Source: an uncultured Gammaproteobacteria bacterium (GTDB lineage Bacteria > Pseudomonadota > Gammaproteobacteria > UBA9214). From it: 64,000 nucleotides of DNA. How positions within the stretch are numbered: the first letter of the stretch is position 1; each line of letters begins with the position of its first letter. Positions 1 through 11,411 of the stretch are shown here, one piece after another. The translations under genes and the position numbers were made by a program. Location: assembly GCA_963773065.1 (NCBI GenBank), contig CAVYZN010000006.1, positions 160,001 to 224,000 of the forward strand, written 5' to 3'. Under the pieces are notes generated by a model, which was given only the letters and a program-made list of their open reading frames with translations, was not told the DNA's origin and searched no databases.

Positions 1-2537
1 CGAACTCGCGATAGGTCCTGGCGTCATTGGCGCGGGTCGCATGCTGCAGCTTGGCGATGGTGTCCGGCGTCCACATGTGGTCCTCGCCGCGCAGGCGGAA
101 GGCGTAATCGCCGCCCACATCGAGCTTGTCGTGATAGATCGGCGCATCGCCGTAGGCATCCCGGTGCCAGCGCACCGTTTCCTCGGCAATCTCCCTGAGG
201 CCCGCGCCCTCGATGACCGTCGCCGTCCCGGTGAAATACTTGTCCACGAACTCGCTTGCCAGTCCGACGGCATCGAAGATCTGCGCGCCGCAATAGGACT
301 GGTAGGTGGAAATGCCCATTTTGGACATGACCTTAAGCAGCCCCTTGCCGACGGATTTGATGTAGCGCTTCTGCAGTTCCTCATCGCCGAGTTTCTCCGG
401 CAACCGTTCACGCAGCGAGGCCAGCGTTTCAAACGCGAGGTAGGGGTTGATGGCCTCGGCGCCGTAGCCGGCCAGCGTCGCGAAGTGATGCACCTCGCGC
501 GCCGCGCCGGTTTCGACGACCAGTCCCGAGGCCGTTCGCAGGCCGGTGCGCACCAGGTAATGATGCACCGCGGCCGTGGCCAGCAGGGCCGGTATGGCGA
601 TGTGGTTCCTGTCGGCGGTGCGATCGGAGAGTATGAGGATGTTGTAGCCGTCGCGCACGGCCTGCTCGGCCTGCTGGCACAGGCCGTCAACGGCGCCTTC
701 CATGCCGTCGGCGCCCTGTTCGGCCGGGTAACAGATATCGAGGGTGCGGGTGCGGAAGGCGCCCGCCGTATGGGTCTCGATGTGGCGGATGCGTTCGATG
801 TCGGTGTTGGTCAGGATGGGCTGGCTCACTTCGAGGCGCCTATGTTCGCCGGCCGATTCGTGGCCCAGCAGGTTGGGCCTTGGGCCGATCAGCGACACCA
901 GCGACATCACCAGTTCCTCGCGTATCGGATCGATCGGCGGGTTGGTGACCTGGGCAAAGTTCTGCTTGAAGTAATTAGCCAGGGGTTTGGGTTTCCTCGA
1001 CAGCACCGCGATCGGATTGTCCGCGCCCATGGAGCCGATGGCCTCCTGGCCGGTGACCGCCATCGGCGTCATCAGGAACCGGATGTCTTCCTGGGTATAC
1101 CCGAAGGCCTGCTGCCGGTCGAGCAGGGTGGCGGGATCCGGCGTCATGGGACTGACCACACCCGGCAGGTTTTTCAGCCGGATCTGGGTCTTGTCCAACC
1201 AGTCCTGGTAAGGGTAGCGCCCGGCAAGCTCCGCTTTCAATTCGCCATCGTCGATGATACGTCCCTGCTCCAAGTCGATGAGGAACATCTTGCCGGGTTG
1301 CAGGCGCCACTTCTTTATGATGCGTTCCTGCGGAATGTCGAGCACCCCCATTTCCGACGCCATGACCACCAGGTCGTCATCGGTGATCAGGTAACGGGCC
1401 GGGCGCAGGCCGTTGCGGTCCAGAGTGGCGCCGATCTGGCGGCCATCGGTGAAGGCAACCGCCGCCGGACCGTCCCACGGTTCCATGAGCGCGGCGTGAT
1501 ATTCGTAAAATGCGCGCCGCTTCTCATCCATCAAGGGATTGCCGGCCCAGGCCTCGGGGATCAGCATCATCATGGCGTGCGAGAGCGAATACCCTCCGGT
1601 AACCAGCAGTTCCAGCGCATTGTCGAAACAGGCCGAATCCGACTGCCCCTCGGCAATCAGCGGCCAGAGCTTCTGCAGATCATCGCCGAACAGTTTCGAG
1701 GATAGGGAATGGCGGCGTGCATGCATCCAGTTGATGTTGCCGCGCAGGGTGTTGATCTCGCCGTTGTGCGCGATCATGCGGAACGGGTGCGCCAGGTCCC
1801 AGGAGGGGAAGGTGTTGGTCGAGAAACGCTGGTGCACCATGGCCAGGGCCGAGATCATGTTTTCATCACGCAGGTCTGGGTAATAGCGATCCACCTGGTT
1901 TGCCAGCAACATGCCCTTGTAACACAGGGTGCGGGTAGACAGGGAAGGCACATAAAAGCATTCACTGCCCTCGTGGCCTGACTCACGCACTTCATTTTCC
2001 ACCTGCTTGCGGATCACGAAGAGCTTGCGTTCAAATGCATCTCCCGCGGCGACGGTCGCGCCACGGCCGATGAAAACCTGCCGCACAAACGGTTCGACCC
2101 GCTTGACGCTTTCACCCAGGCAGACTGTTATCGGTAGGGACATCGCGCCAGCCAAGCAGAGTCTGGCCTTCCGCGTTGATGTAGCGGTTGAGGAGCGCTT
2201 CGCATTGCTTGCGTGAGGCTGAATTGCGCGGCAGGAAAAGCATGCCTACCCCGTAGTCCCCGGCTGCCGGCAACGTTATCCCCAGGGCGTCACATTCCTT
2301 GCGCAGGAAGGCATCCGGAATCTGCATGAGGATGCCGGCGCCGTCACCGGCCAGTGGATCCGCGCCGACCGCGCCGCGATGGGTCAGGTTCTCCAGTATC
2401 CGCAGGCCCTGGTGGATGATAGTGTGACTTTTTTTACCCTTGACGTTCGCGATAAACCCGACGCCACAGGCGTCATGCTCGTTGGCGGGGTCGTACAGGC
2501 CTTGTCGGGGCGGCAACGTGCCATGCTTCATTGGCAA
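1..2537 (-). CDS. gltB: Glutamate synthase large subunit, 5' part; runs off the window start; apparent frameshift near 2112-2125
   Basis: ORF 2112..2537 has the GltB N-terminus (GLYDPANEHDACGVGFIA...LTHRGAVGADPLAGDGAG). The minus strand continues in another frame with GltB motifs (HQRFSTNTFPSW, MEPWDGPA). Confidence 0.95.
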
Positions 2538-2778
2538 TACCCTGTTGTTGTGCGCTTTCTGTCGTTCGCAGTCATGGTATGTCGCTGCGAAGAAAAGACG
2601 CGATGTTACAATGCGTTATAAATCGAATCCGGTGTTAGCTTGCGGATGGGCGATAGTGCGCAGACCCGCGGCCAAAAGGCTAAGTAGTATAGCGCCGCAT
2701 GGACGGGTGTTCAATTTGGGAACTTGCGTTATACCTTATTGTTATCAGGGGCATGCAAACCAGCCCGCGCGGGGCCAC

Positions 2779-3024
2779 CTAGGTTTGCGCCTCAAGGAAG
2801 ACGACGAGGTAGCCGCGTTTGAGCTGTTCATCGCGCACCCGGATCAGCGCCGCTTCGGCCTCCTCGCGATCAGCGTAGTGCTCCCGTTGAACGCGTCCCC
2901 TGGCGCCCTGATATCCCCATTCCCGGATCAGGGTCCAACCCTCAAGCAGATCCTCCTGCAGATGGAGATGATAGAAGCGCGGTGGGCGATCACCTTGCGG
3001 CGGAATTTGCATGTAGATTCGCAC
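2779..3024 (-). CDS. Stand-alone WGR-domain protein
   Basis: 81 aa; RFYHLHLQEDLLEGWTLIREWGYQGARG matches the WGR-domain pattern. Confidence 0.8.
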   Translation of the reverse strand: MRIYMQIPPQGDRPPRFYHLHLQEDLLEGWTLIREWGYQGARGRVQREHYADREEAEAALIRVRDEQLKRGYLVVFLEAQT

Positions 3025-3262
3025 TGTGGTCGTTGGCGGAGTGTAATGTTATGTGACCACGACGTTGGCAACACTATCGGAGGAATGCACGACTGCAGAC
3101 GACTCAGGGAGCAGTTGCCGAAAACATGCGCGACGGGCCGGAAATCCGCAAAATCCTATTCACAGAATCTTCAACTGGCATTCCATGGATCATGGATACC
3201 CGACAGAATGTAACCTTACGCACCGGGCGCTTTCCATTGAGCAATGTTCGAATCAGAGAACC

Positions 3263-4435
3263 TCATATGCCCGGGTCGAAGGTACGTTCGTATTCTGCAA
3301 TGGCGTAACGGTCCGTCATGCCGGCGATATAGTCTGCCACGGCCCGCGCCCGGCCGTCTTTTCCGTGTCGCTGCTCCCTCATAGCCGTCCACTGCTGGGC
3401 CTCTGGAGGCAGCAGTCGCGGGTCATCGATGAAGGCATTAAAAAGGGCCGTAATGGTCCGTGCCGCCTTGGTCGTCATGCGATGAACACGGTAATGACGG
3501 TAGAGATTAATGCGCAGGAACCGTTTCAGTTCCAGATTCTGTTCACGCATGCCGTCGCTGAAGGCAATGAGCACCTTGTCGTACTCACGTACCGCATCGA
3601 CATCGGCGGGTGCCGCTTCCTCGAGATAGCGGGTGCTGGATTCAATCAGATCGACCACCTGGCGGTTGATGATGCGTCTTACGACCTCATGGATCGTACG
3701 GCGCGGGGATAGTGCCGGGTAACTTGCGCGTACCTCGTCATATTGCTCACGGAACAAGGTGACTTCACTCAGTTCGTCCACTGTGATCAGTCCGGAACGC
3801 AGGCCGTCATCGACATCATGGCTGTTATAGGCGATTTCGTCGGCCAGGTTGGTCAACTGAGCTTCAAGCGATGGCTGGCTCATTTCCACAAATCGGCGGC
3901 CCAGTTCGCCCAGGGTCTCGGCATTTTTCCTGGAGCAGTGCTTGAGGATGCCTTCGCGGCTCTCGAAGGTAAGGTTCAGTCCAGGAAACCCGGCATAACG
4001 CTCTTCCAGTTCATCGACTACACGAAGAGACTGCAGGTTGTGTTCAAACCCACCGTAATCCTTCATGCAGGTATTCAGAGCATCCTGCCCGGCATGACCA
4101 AACGGTGTGTGACCAAGGTCATGGGCGAGGGCAATGCTCTCGGTCAGGTCTTCATTAAGGCTCAGCGCGCGTGCAATCGAACGGGCGATCTGTGCGACCT
4201 CGATGGAATGCGTTAGCCGAGTACGAAACAGATCACCCTCATGGTTGACAAACACCTGGGTTTTGTATTCCAGGCGGCGAAAGGCGGCGGAATGAATGAT
4301 ACGGTCGCGATCACGCTGGTACTCGCTGCGATAGGCCGGTGCGGGCTCTGGATACTGGCGGCCTCTGCTGCGAGTGCTCGTGGCGGCATAGGGTGCGAGC
4401 ATCCCGCTGTGGGTTGTGGGGGGTTCGTTGCCCAT
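3263..4435 (-). CDS. dgt: dGTP triphosphohydrolase (HD family)
   Basis: [48 protein letters not shown]. Confidence 0.95.
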   Translation of the reverse strand: MGNEPPTTHSGMLAPYAATSTRSRGRQYPEPAPAYRSEYQRDRDRIIHSAAFRRLEYKTQVFVNHEGDLFRTRLTHSIEVAQIARSIARALSLNEDLTESIALAHDLGHTPFGHAGQDALNTCMKDYGGFEHNLQSLRVVDELEERYAGFPGLNLTFESREGILKHCSRKNAETLGELGRRFVEMSQPSLEAQLTNLADEIAYNSHDVDDGLRSGLITVDELSEVTLFREQYDEVRASYPALSPRRTIHEVVRRIINRQVVDLIESSTRYLEEAAPADVDAVREYDKVLIAFSDGMREQNLELKRFLRINLYRHYRVHRMTTKAARTITALFNAFIDDPRLLPPEAQQWTAMREQRHGKDGRARAVADYIAGMTDRYAIAEYERTFDPGI

Positions 4436-4440
4436 GTCGG

Positions 4441-5517
4441 TCAGGCGGCGCGGGACAACGTTTCACTCAGCAAGGCCGTACTGAAGTCGCTGGTCACCAC
4501 GGCAGTACCAATCGCCTTGAGCAGGACAAGACGCAATCCACCGTCCAGCACCTTCTTGTCCACGGCCATGAGTCTCATGAACTGCACCTCGTCCATTCCG
4601 GCCGGCGGAGATGTCGGCAGTCCAGCGCATTGCAGGAGTTTTTCAATGCGTTTTACATCTGACCTTGGCAGCCATTGGTGGCGCGCCGACAGGTCGGCCG
4701 CCATCAGCATACCGGCAGCAACGGCCTCACCATGCAGCCAGTTACCGTAACCGGTGCCGGTTTCGATGGCATGACCGAAGGTATGACCCAGGTTGAGTAA
4801 TGCGCGCTGCCCGCTTTCGCGTTCATCGGCGGCAACGATTCCCGCCTTGATGGTGCAGGAACGCTCAATGGCATACGCGAGAGTCATCTTGTCGAGCGCC
4901 TTGAGTCGTTCGATATTCTGCTCCAACCAGGTGAAGAAGCCGGCATCATGGATCAGTCCGTATTTGATAGCCTCGGCCAGTCCGGCTGTAAGCTGGCGTT
5001 GATCCAGGGTGTCAAGGGTGTCGGTATCGATCAATACACAACCGGGTTGGTGGAAGGCCCCGATCATGTTTTTTCCCAAGGGGTGGTTAACGCCCGTTTT
5101 CCCGCCTACCGATGAGTCGACCTGTGCCAGGAGGGTGGTCGGTATCTGCAGAAAGGCCACGCCCCGCTGGTAACAGGCGGCGGCAAAACCGGTAATATCG
5201 CCGACCACACCCCCCCCCAGTGCCACGAGTGTGCAGCGCCGGTTGAAGCGTTGTTCCAGCAGGCCGGTAAAGACAGCGTTCAAGGTCTCAAGGCTCTTGT
5301 ACTGCTCTCCGTCGGGAAGTATGACAGACGCCAGCTCGAAACCGCTCAGCAGCCGCTTTACGCAATCAAGATACAAAGGTGCTATTTTTTCATTGGTAAC
5401 CACCATTACCTGCCTGCCCCTGATATGTTCGGTAACCAGTTCCGGCTTCTGCAGCAGACCCTGGCCGATATGGATCGGGTAGCTGCGCATACCAAGGTTG
5501 ACTGTCAGTGTTTTCAT
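4441..5517 (-). CDS. aroB: 3-dehydroquinate synthase
   Basis: [38 protein letters not shown]; adjacent to aroK. Confidence 0.97.
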   Translation of the reverse strand: MKTLTVNLGMRSYPIHIGQGLLQKPELVTEHIRGRQVMVVTNEKIAPLYLDCVKRLLSGFELASVILPDGEQYKSLETLNAVFTGLLEQRFNRRCTLVALGGGVVGDITGFAAACYQRGVAFLQIPTTLLAQVDSSVGGKTGVNHPLGKNMIGAFHQPGCVLIDTDTLDTLDQRQLTAGLAEAIKYGLIHDAGFFTWLEQNIERLKALDKMTLAYAIERSCTIKAGIVAADERESGQRALLNLGHTFGHAIETGTGYGNWLHGEAVAAGMLMAADLSARHQWLPRSDVKRIEKLLQCAGLPTSPPAGMDEVQFMRLMAVDKKVLDGGLRLVLLKAIGTAVVTSDFSTALLSETLSRAA

Positions 5518-5597
5518 ATCCTGGGTGTCACGCCTGCATTATAAAAGCAGCATATAGGATAATGGGTCCGCAGGGCAAAAAACGCCAAGATTGCCAC

Positions 5598-6116
5598 TCA
5601 GCGCAGTTTGAGCTTGCGAATGATCTGATTGACGACCCCCATGACGCGTTTGCCGTCCGTGTCGATCACAAGATCGGCGATCTCCCGGTAAAGGGGGTCA
5701 CGCATCCGCATCAGATCCTCCAGACGCTGGCGCGGATTTTCTGTTTGCAGAAGTGGCCGGTTACGGTCGCGTTTGGTGCGCGCCAGCTGCTGATTTACCG
5801 AGGCGTGCAGGTAAATCACCAGACCGCGTTCCGCAAAGTGTCTGCGGTTATCCGGATCCAAAATGGCACCTCCGCCGGTGGCGAGGATGATATTGGGCAG
5901 GCAGGTAAGCTCATCGATGACGAGCCGTTCACGTTTGCGAAAGCCTTGCTCGCCTTCCAGCTCGAATATCAGCGGGATATCGACACCGGTACGGTCCTCG
6001 ATTTCCCTGTCGCTGTCATAAAAGACCATCCTGAGCTGTTGGGAAAGCTGCCGGCCAATGGTGGATTTCCCGGCACCCATGGGGCCCGTCAAAAACAAAC
6101 TGCCCGGCGTTTTCAT
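5598..6116 (-). CDS. aroK: Shikimate kinase
   Basis: Walker [19 protein letters not shown]; canonical pilQ-aroK-aroB order. Confidence 0.97.
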   Translation of the reverse strand: MKTPGSLFLTGPMGAGKSTIGRQLSQQLRMVFYDSDREIEDRTGVDIPLIFELEGEQGFRKRERLVIDELTCLPNIILATGGGAILDPDNRRHFAERGLVIYLHASVNQQLARTKRDRNRPLLQTENPRQRLEDLMRMRDPLYREIADLVIDTDGKRVMGVVNQIIRKLKLR

Positions 6117-6173
6117 GCCGGGCAGGTATGCCAGAAAGTGTGTTCGCTGGCAAGCGCCAGGAACGCTTGGTGA

Positions 6174-8324
6174 TCAGAGGCGGAAGTTTTCCTTGACGAT
6201 CTTCGGCGTGATAAAGATAAGCAGTTCGGTCTTGTTATCGGTTTTCCGGGTTGTCTTGAACAGCCAGTCAACCATCGGCAGTTCCCCGAAGAATGGCACC
6301 CGGTCCGTTTCATCCAGTCTTTCCCGTTCATAGATGCCGCCGAGAACCAGGGTTTCCCCATTGTCGACCAGCACCTGGGTGCCCACTTCTTTCGTATCAA
6401 TGCTGGGAACTCCTTCGAACTCCCGGCCGACGCTGTCCTTGTTGACGTTGAGATCCATGATGATGCGGTCATCCGGGGTGATTTGCGGTGTGACTCTTAG
6501 GCTGAGCACGGCCTTCTTGAAGGACACGCTGGTGGCGCCGCTGGAGGAGGCTTCCTGATAGGGAATTTCGGTGCCTGCCTCGATGTAGGCTTCCTTCTGG
6601 TTGGAGGTCAGCACCCGGGGACTGGAAACGACTTCACCACGTCCTTCCGCCTCCATGGCATTGAGTTCCAACTGCAGCAGGTGGCTGCCCAGCTTGCCAA
6701 CAGCCAGACCGATGGAGCCGGTCGGGTTGGTAACCCCGAGATCGGTGATCAGGCCTGTGATACTGCTGCCAGCCGGCACCTCAAAGGGCGTTACAGGGTC
6801 GGTAACAAGGTCGCCCGGCTGTTTTCCGCCAACAACCAGGACGTGATCATCATTAAAGTCAACCGCCTTGCTGTAGCCGAACTTCACACCGAGATCCCGC
6901 GCGAAATCATTGTTGGCGATCACGATGCGTGACTCGATCAGCACCTGCCTGACGGGGATATCCAGTTGCGCAACCAGTTTGCGGATATCCGCGAGCTTGC
7001 TTGCGGTATCCTGGATCAGCAGGGTGTTGGTACGTTCATCTATCGTTGCCGTACCGCGTTCTGAAAGCAGGGAAGTATCGGAACTCTTCAACAGCTTGGC
7101 GATATCACTGGCCTTGGCGTAATTGACCTGGATGAATTCGGAGTAGAGTGGCTCCAGTTCCTTGATTTGCTTCTGGGACTCGAGTTCAAGCTTTTCACGC
7201 GCAGCAATTTCCTCGCTGGGGGCAACCAGCATGACGTTACCGGTTTGACGCATCCCCAGACCCTTGGTTTTCAGGATCAGATCCAGCGCCTGGTCCCAAG
7301 GCACATTCTTGAGGCGCAATGTCAGGCTGCCGGTGACCGTATCACTGACCACGATGTTGATTCCGGTAAAGTCGGCGATGAGCTGAAGTACGGAACGCAC
7401 CTCGATATCCTGGAAATTAAGGGACAAGCGCTCGCCTTTGTAGCCGAATTCATCTTTTTTGCGATCTTCCGCCTCTTTCTTGGTGATCGCCTTGACCTCG
7501 ATGGTAAATTGGTTATCGGACTGATAGGCAAGGTAGTCATACTCACCCATGGGTGTAATGACCATGTGGACATTCTCACCTTTGGTGAAGGTATCTACGG
7601 TTTTCACTGGTGTAGCAAAATCAAGTACGTCCAGGCGGCGTTCCATTTCGCCGGGCAGTATGGCGCGATAGAAATCGACCACCACATTGCCACCTTCCTG
7701 CTTTATATCCACCGGGATGGAAGGGTCGGAAAGATTTACGATGATGCGGCCCTCACCATGCTCGCCACGCCGGAAATCGACATTCTCGATCTGTGGCCTG
7801 TAACCTCCCTTGGCGGCAGCTACCGCGGCGCTGGCGACGCTTTCTGCCTTGCCGCCACCCTGTACGGTCAGCACGACCTTGTTCCCCTCAGCATGAGCTT
7901 CGTAAGGCACCATCTCGACTAGGTTGACGACGACGCGGGTGCGCCCCTGCGCCTCGATAGTGGTTATGCTGTCTGCCATCCCGATGCCGATTTTCTGTGT
8001 GCGCTGGGTAAGTTCGTTCTTTGTGGCGGGGAAATCCAGAGCGATGCGTGCCGGGTTGTCTATGGTAAAGCTCAACGGTGACGTGGCGGTATTGCTCAAC
8101 GTCAGGATGACCTGTGCCTTGTTTCCTGGAAGGCCGGCAAATTCGACTGATTTCAGCGAGTTTGTCGCGGCCTGTTCAGCCGCGTCACTAGTCGTGAGGC
8201 TGCTGCCAAGCAGTATGAGGCCTGTAAACAGCAAGAGGTTCCAGCCGCCTCTGGCCAATCTTCTTATGGTGCTGAAAAGTTGTGTTGCGTATACCACTTG
8301 TCTGCGAGAGCTATTTCCGGTCAT
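6174..8324 (-). CDS. pilQ: Type IV pilus secretin
   Basis: AMIN domains, LSLNFQDIEVRSVLQ, VPWDQALD, secretin C-terminus ELLIFITPKIV. Confidence 0.97.
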   Translation of the reverse strand: MTGNSSRRQVVYATQLFSTIRRLARGGWNLLLFTGLILLGSSLTTSDAAEQAATNSLKSVEFAGLPGNKAQVILTLSNTATSPLSFTIDNPARIALDFPATKNELTQRTQKIGIGMADSITTIEAQGRTRVVVNLVEMVPYEAHAEGNKVVLTVQGGGKAESVASAAVAAAKGGYRPQIENVDFRRGEHGEGRIIVNLSDPSIPVDIKQEGGNVVVDFYRAILPGEMERRLDVLDFATPVKTVDTFTKGENVHMVITPMGEYDYLAYQSDNQFTIEVKAITKKEAEDRKKDEFGYKGERLSLNFQDIEVRSVLQLIADFTGINIVVSDTVTGSLTLRLKNVPWDQALDLILKTKGLGMRQTGNVMLVAPSEEIAAREKLELESQKQIKELEPLYSEFIQVNYAKASDIAKLLKSSDTSLLSERGTATIDERTNTLLIQDTASKLADIRKLVAQLDIPVRQVLIESRIVIANNDFARDLGVKFGYSKAVDFNDDHVLVVGGKQPGDLVTDPVTPFEVPAGSSITGLITDLGVTNPTGSIGLAVGKLGSHLLQLELNAMEAEGRGEVVSSPRVLTSNQKEAYIEAGTEIPYQEASSSGATSVSFKKAVLSLRVTPQITPDDRIIMDLNVNKDSVGREFEGVPSIDTKEVGTQVLVDNGETLVLGGIYERERLDETDRVPFFGELPMVDWLFKTTRKTDNKTELLIFITPKIVKENFRL

Positions 8325-8342
8325 TGCGATTCCCCCATGGGA

Positions 8343-8885
8343 TTATTCGCTGATTGCAATGGAAGCCTGGCGTTCCATCCAGCCTCCGAGTCCATCAGGA
8401 ATGATTTCCGTTAGTTCAACTTCAAATTCCGTAACCCGAGTAATCTTGCCGTGATTTTGACCCAGATAATTACCGGGCTGCACGCGATGGATGGCGTCGT
8501 CTTTGTCGAGAATCAAGGCCCAGGTCTCCTGACCCTTTTCCATTGTTCCAACCATACGCAAGCTGTCAAGCGGATACTCTTCGAGCGGTTCGGTTGGACG
8601 ATCGAAGTCAGGTTTAATCCCGCTAGCACCGGTTTGCGCCACGGCGGCGGGTGGATGGGTGAAAACGGGCGGAGTAAACGGGTCGCGCAGTTCATTTGCC
8701 TGATAGGTGAAAGATTCAAAGGGTTCAAATTCGGGCAGTGGTTCTATGGATGATTTTTGCTGGCTTTTAACCTCTGCAACATAGGTCTCGAGATCAGCGG
8801 TTGGATTGTCCGAGCAGGCTGCTATTGCGCCCGCCATGGATACCATAGCCAGCCAACGCATCATGTGCTTGCAATCCCTTATCAT
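8343..8885 (-). CDS. pilP: Type IV pilus lipoprotein PilP
   Basis: Lipobox-like IAAC, LRDPF, EPLEEYPLDSLRMVG, YLGQNHGKI. Confidence 0.93.
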   Translation of the reverse strand: MIRDCKHMMRWLAMVSMAGAIAACSDNPTADLETYVAEVKSQQKSSIEPLPEFEPFESFTYQANELRDPFTPPVFTHPPAAVAQTGASGIKPDFDRPTEPLEEYPLDSLRMVGTMEKGQETWALILDKDDAIHRVQPGNYLGQNHGKITRVTEFEVELTEIIPDGLGGWMERQASIAISE

Positions 8886-9523
8886 TTTTTACCGCCCCCC
8901 TTCTTACCACCCGCCTTCTTACCACCCTCCTGAGGCCGCTCACTTTCTTCCAGGTAACGGTAGGTCTTGGCGGTCATATCCATCACAAGTAGGGAGTCGT
9001 CCGCTTTGCCCCGCTTTTTGATGCTGATATTATGCAACGTCACGATGCGGGGCAGGGCCGCAACACCGCTGACAAAATCCCCGAATTCATGGTAAGTGCC
9101 TATGACACGAATGCTGATGGGCAACTCCGCATAGAATTCCTGGGGATTCTCTGCTTGGGGTTTGAACAATTCGAATTCCAGGCCGCTAGCCAGCCCTGTT
9201 TGCGAGACATCGACCAGCAAATCCGCCACTTCAGTTTTGTTGGGCAACTGGCGCAACATGGCCCCAAAGGATTCTCGCATTTCTGTCAATTGCTGCTCGT
9301 ATGCTTCTAGGTTCGCAGCCTGCTGGGCTTTCTTCTCGAAAATGATCTTCAGGGCAGCCTCTTTCTGTTCTGCTTGCTGTAGAAGCACCAACTGGTCCTT
9401 TATATGGAACCAGTAGCCCAGAAAAATCACACCACCCATGATGAACAGGATCACAACCACACGGGCAGCGGCTGGCCAGCGGGAAACGTTGGAGAGATCT
9501 AGGTCATTCAGGTTGAGATTCAT
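8882..9523 (-). CDS. pilO: Type IV pilus assembly protein PilO
   Basis: LRQLPNKTEV, FYAELPI, ALPRIVTLH, AKTYRY. Confidence 0.95.
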   Translation of the reverse strand: MNLNLNDLDLSNVSRWPAAARVVVILFIMGGVIFLGYWFHIKDQLVLLQQAEQKEAALKIIFEKKAQQAANLEAYEQQLTEMRESFGAMLRQLPNKTEVADLLVDVSQTGLASGLEFELFKPQAENPQEFYAELPISIRVIGTYHEFGDFVSGVAALPRIVTLHNISIKKRGKADDSLLVMDMTAKTYRYLEESERPQEGGKKAGGKKGGGKK

Positions 9524-10105
9524 GAGCCACCCTCTTTCTGACTGGCCTCGTCACTTTGGGGTTTATGTGTTTTTTGATTGCCGCGCAAACTGAAATTGGC
9601 AACACGGGTACGGCTTACTTCAGTGGTCTGGATCTGGTCCAGGCGAGGCGCGGTCAGCCACTCGGATGCATCGATATTGCGCATATAGTCAGATACCCGG
9701 GCATTTGATTGCGCGACCCCGGTCAAGTCCAAGTTTTTGTCTTTCTGAATAAATGTTTTCAGATATACGCCATCAGGCAGGGTGCGAACCAGTTCGTCCA
9801 TCAGGTGTACGCTTTCCGGGCGGCTGCGCTGCAGTTCCTGAATGACATTCATACGTGCGAGCAGATCGGCTTTCATCTTTTCAAGCTCGTTGATCCTGCC
9901 AATGCGTTGGTCGAGGATCTTAATCTCACCCTGGAGGTAATCGTTGCGCTGATTCTGATTGCTCAATAAGACCGTCGACGTGGAAATGTGCCAGCAGCAC
10001 AAATAGTACTGCGACAACGGCGCTGCCCCCCGCCGAAATGATAAATTCACGCTGTTTCTGCTTGCGCAGTTCTTCACGCCAGGGAAGCAGATTGATCTTT
10101 GCCAT
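9520..10105 (-). CDS. pilN: Type IV pilus assembly protein PilN; indels near the 5' end
   Basis: ATG at 10105 reads MAKINLLPWREELRK (typical PilN start) in a different frame from ORF 9520..10077, which carries IQELQRSRP and AQSNARVSDYMR. Confidence 0.92.
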
Positions 10106-10106
10106 G

Positions 10107-11192
10107 TTAGTCGAAGCTCCTCAAGGCCAGCCCACAGGCGATCAACAGCGCAGGCGCATCATTGCTGAGTGTTTGCGGCTTTACACGCGCTGACAGCGAC
10201 ATGGAGGCAAAGGGGTTTGCAATGGTGGTTTCGACGCCCAGTCTTTCCTGTATCAACTCATCCACGTTGGGTATGGATGCGCTGCCGCCGGCCAGCACGA
10301 CATGGTCTACCTTACTGTGAGGGCTGGATGAATAGAAAAATTGCAGGGAGCGGCTTGCCTGTTGCGCCATGGCCTCCTTGAAGGGTTCAAGCACGTCGGT
10401 GACGTAGTTTTCCGGCAATCCACCCTGACGTTTCGCCATGCCGGCTTCCTCGTAGGACAGCCCATAACGACGCATGATCTCTTCAGTCAGTTGCTTTCCG
10501 CCAAACACAGTATCTCGGGTGTAGATGCTTTTCAGATCATGCATGACATTGAGCGTGGTCATAGTTGCACCGACGTCAATGACAGCGATGGTTTTTTCTA
10601 CTCCCTGATCCGGGACCTGGTCCGTAAGCAGGGCAAAGGCATTCTCGCTGGCGAATGATTCAACATCGATGATTTGAGAGATCATACCGCCAGTTTCAAC
10701 CGCTGCATTGCGCATGTCGACATTTTCTCTGCGGCATGCGGCCAGGAGAACATCCACCGTGTCGGGATTTTTTTCTGAGGGTCCGACGACCTCAAAATCG
10801 AGATTTACCTCATCGAGTGGGTACGGGACGTACTGGTCGGCCTCGAACTGAAGCTGGCTTTCCATGTCGTCATCAGACAATCCGGCCGGCATGGTGATGG
10901 TTCTGGTGATTACAGCCGATCCCGCTACCGCGACCGCGGCATGTCGTGTACGCGTCCCTGAACGCTTGACCGCACGTCGTATCGCTTCACCGACGGCTTC
11001 GACGTCGGTAATATTCTTTTCGACGACGGAGTTGGGGGGGAGCGGCTCGACCGCGTAGCTTTCTACGCGGTAGCGTAAACCACTGCGACTCAGCTCCAGC
11101 AGCTTGACGGCGGTGGAACTGATGTCCAAGCCTATGAGAGGCGGTTTAGTCCGTTTGAATAGTTGCGCGAATGGCACAATATTTCCTTTCAA
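10107..11192 (-). CDS. pilM: Type IV pilus assembly protein PilM
   Basis: IGLDISSTAVKLLEL, IDVGAT, LAGGSA, ACGLALRSFD. Confidence 0.96.
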   Translation of the reverse strand: MKGNIVPFAQLFKRTKPPLIGLDISSTAVKLLELSRSGLRYRVESYAVEPLPPNSVVEKNITDVEAVGEAIRRAVKRSGTRTRHAAVAVAGSAVITRTITMPAGLSDDDMESQLQFEADQYVPYPLDEVNLDFEVVGPSEKNPDTVDVLLAACRRENVDMRNAAVETGGMISQIIDVESFASENAFALLTDQVPDQGVEKTIAVIDVGATMTTLNVMHDLKSIYTRDTVFGGKQLTEEIMRRYGLSYEEAGMAKRQGGLPENYVTDVLEPFKEAMAQQASRSLQFFYSSSPHSKVDHVVLAGGSASIPNVDELIQERLGVETTIANPFASMSLSARVKPQTLSNDAPALLIACGLALRSFD

Positions 11193-11411
11193 TTACCCAC
11201 TGTTGGACAGCTAAGGTAGTTCGGGGCATTAGAGAGCATTGGCAACTGTTTGTCAACCAAAGTGAGACCCTAAGTGCATTATACGGAGATAGTTATCGGA
11301 CAATTTACTGGTAGGGTTGAGAAAAATTTTTCGCATTCGCCGCCTGATTCCTGTTATATGACATTCATCCAACCGATACTATGAATTCGATCACTGGTTT
11401 TCTGCGCTGAC

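Noticed and set aside
41-1705. Long antisense ORFs such as 41..1705, 16131..17720, 28734..31154, 55536..57641 and 57666..60032
   Set aside because: They shadow recognisable genes on the opposite strand, which is common in GC-rich DNA, and carry no family motifs.
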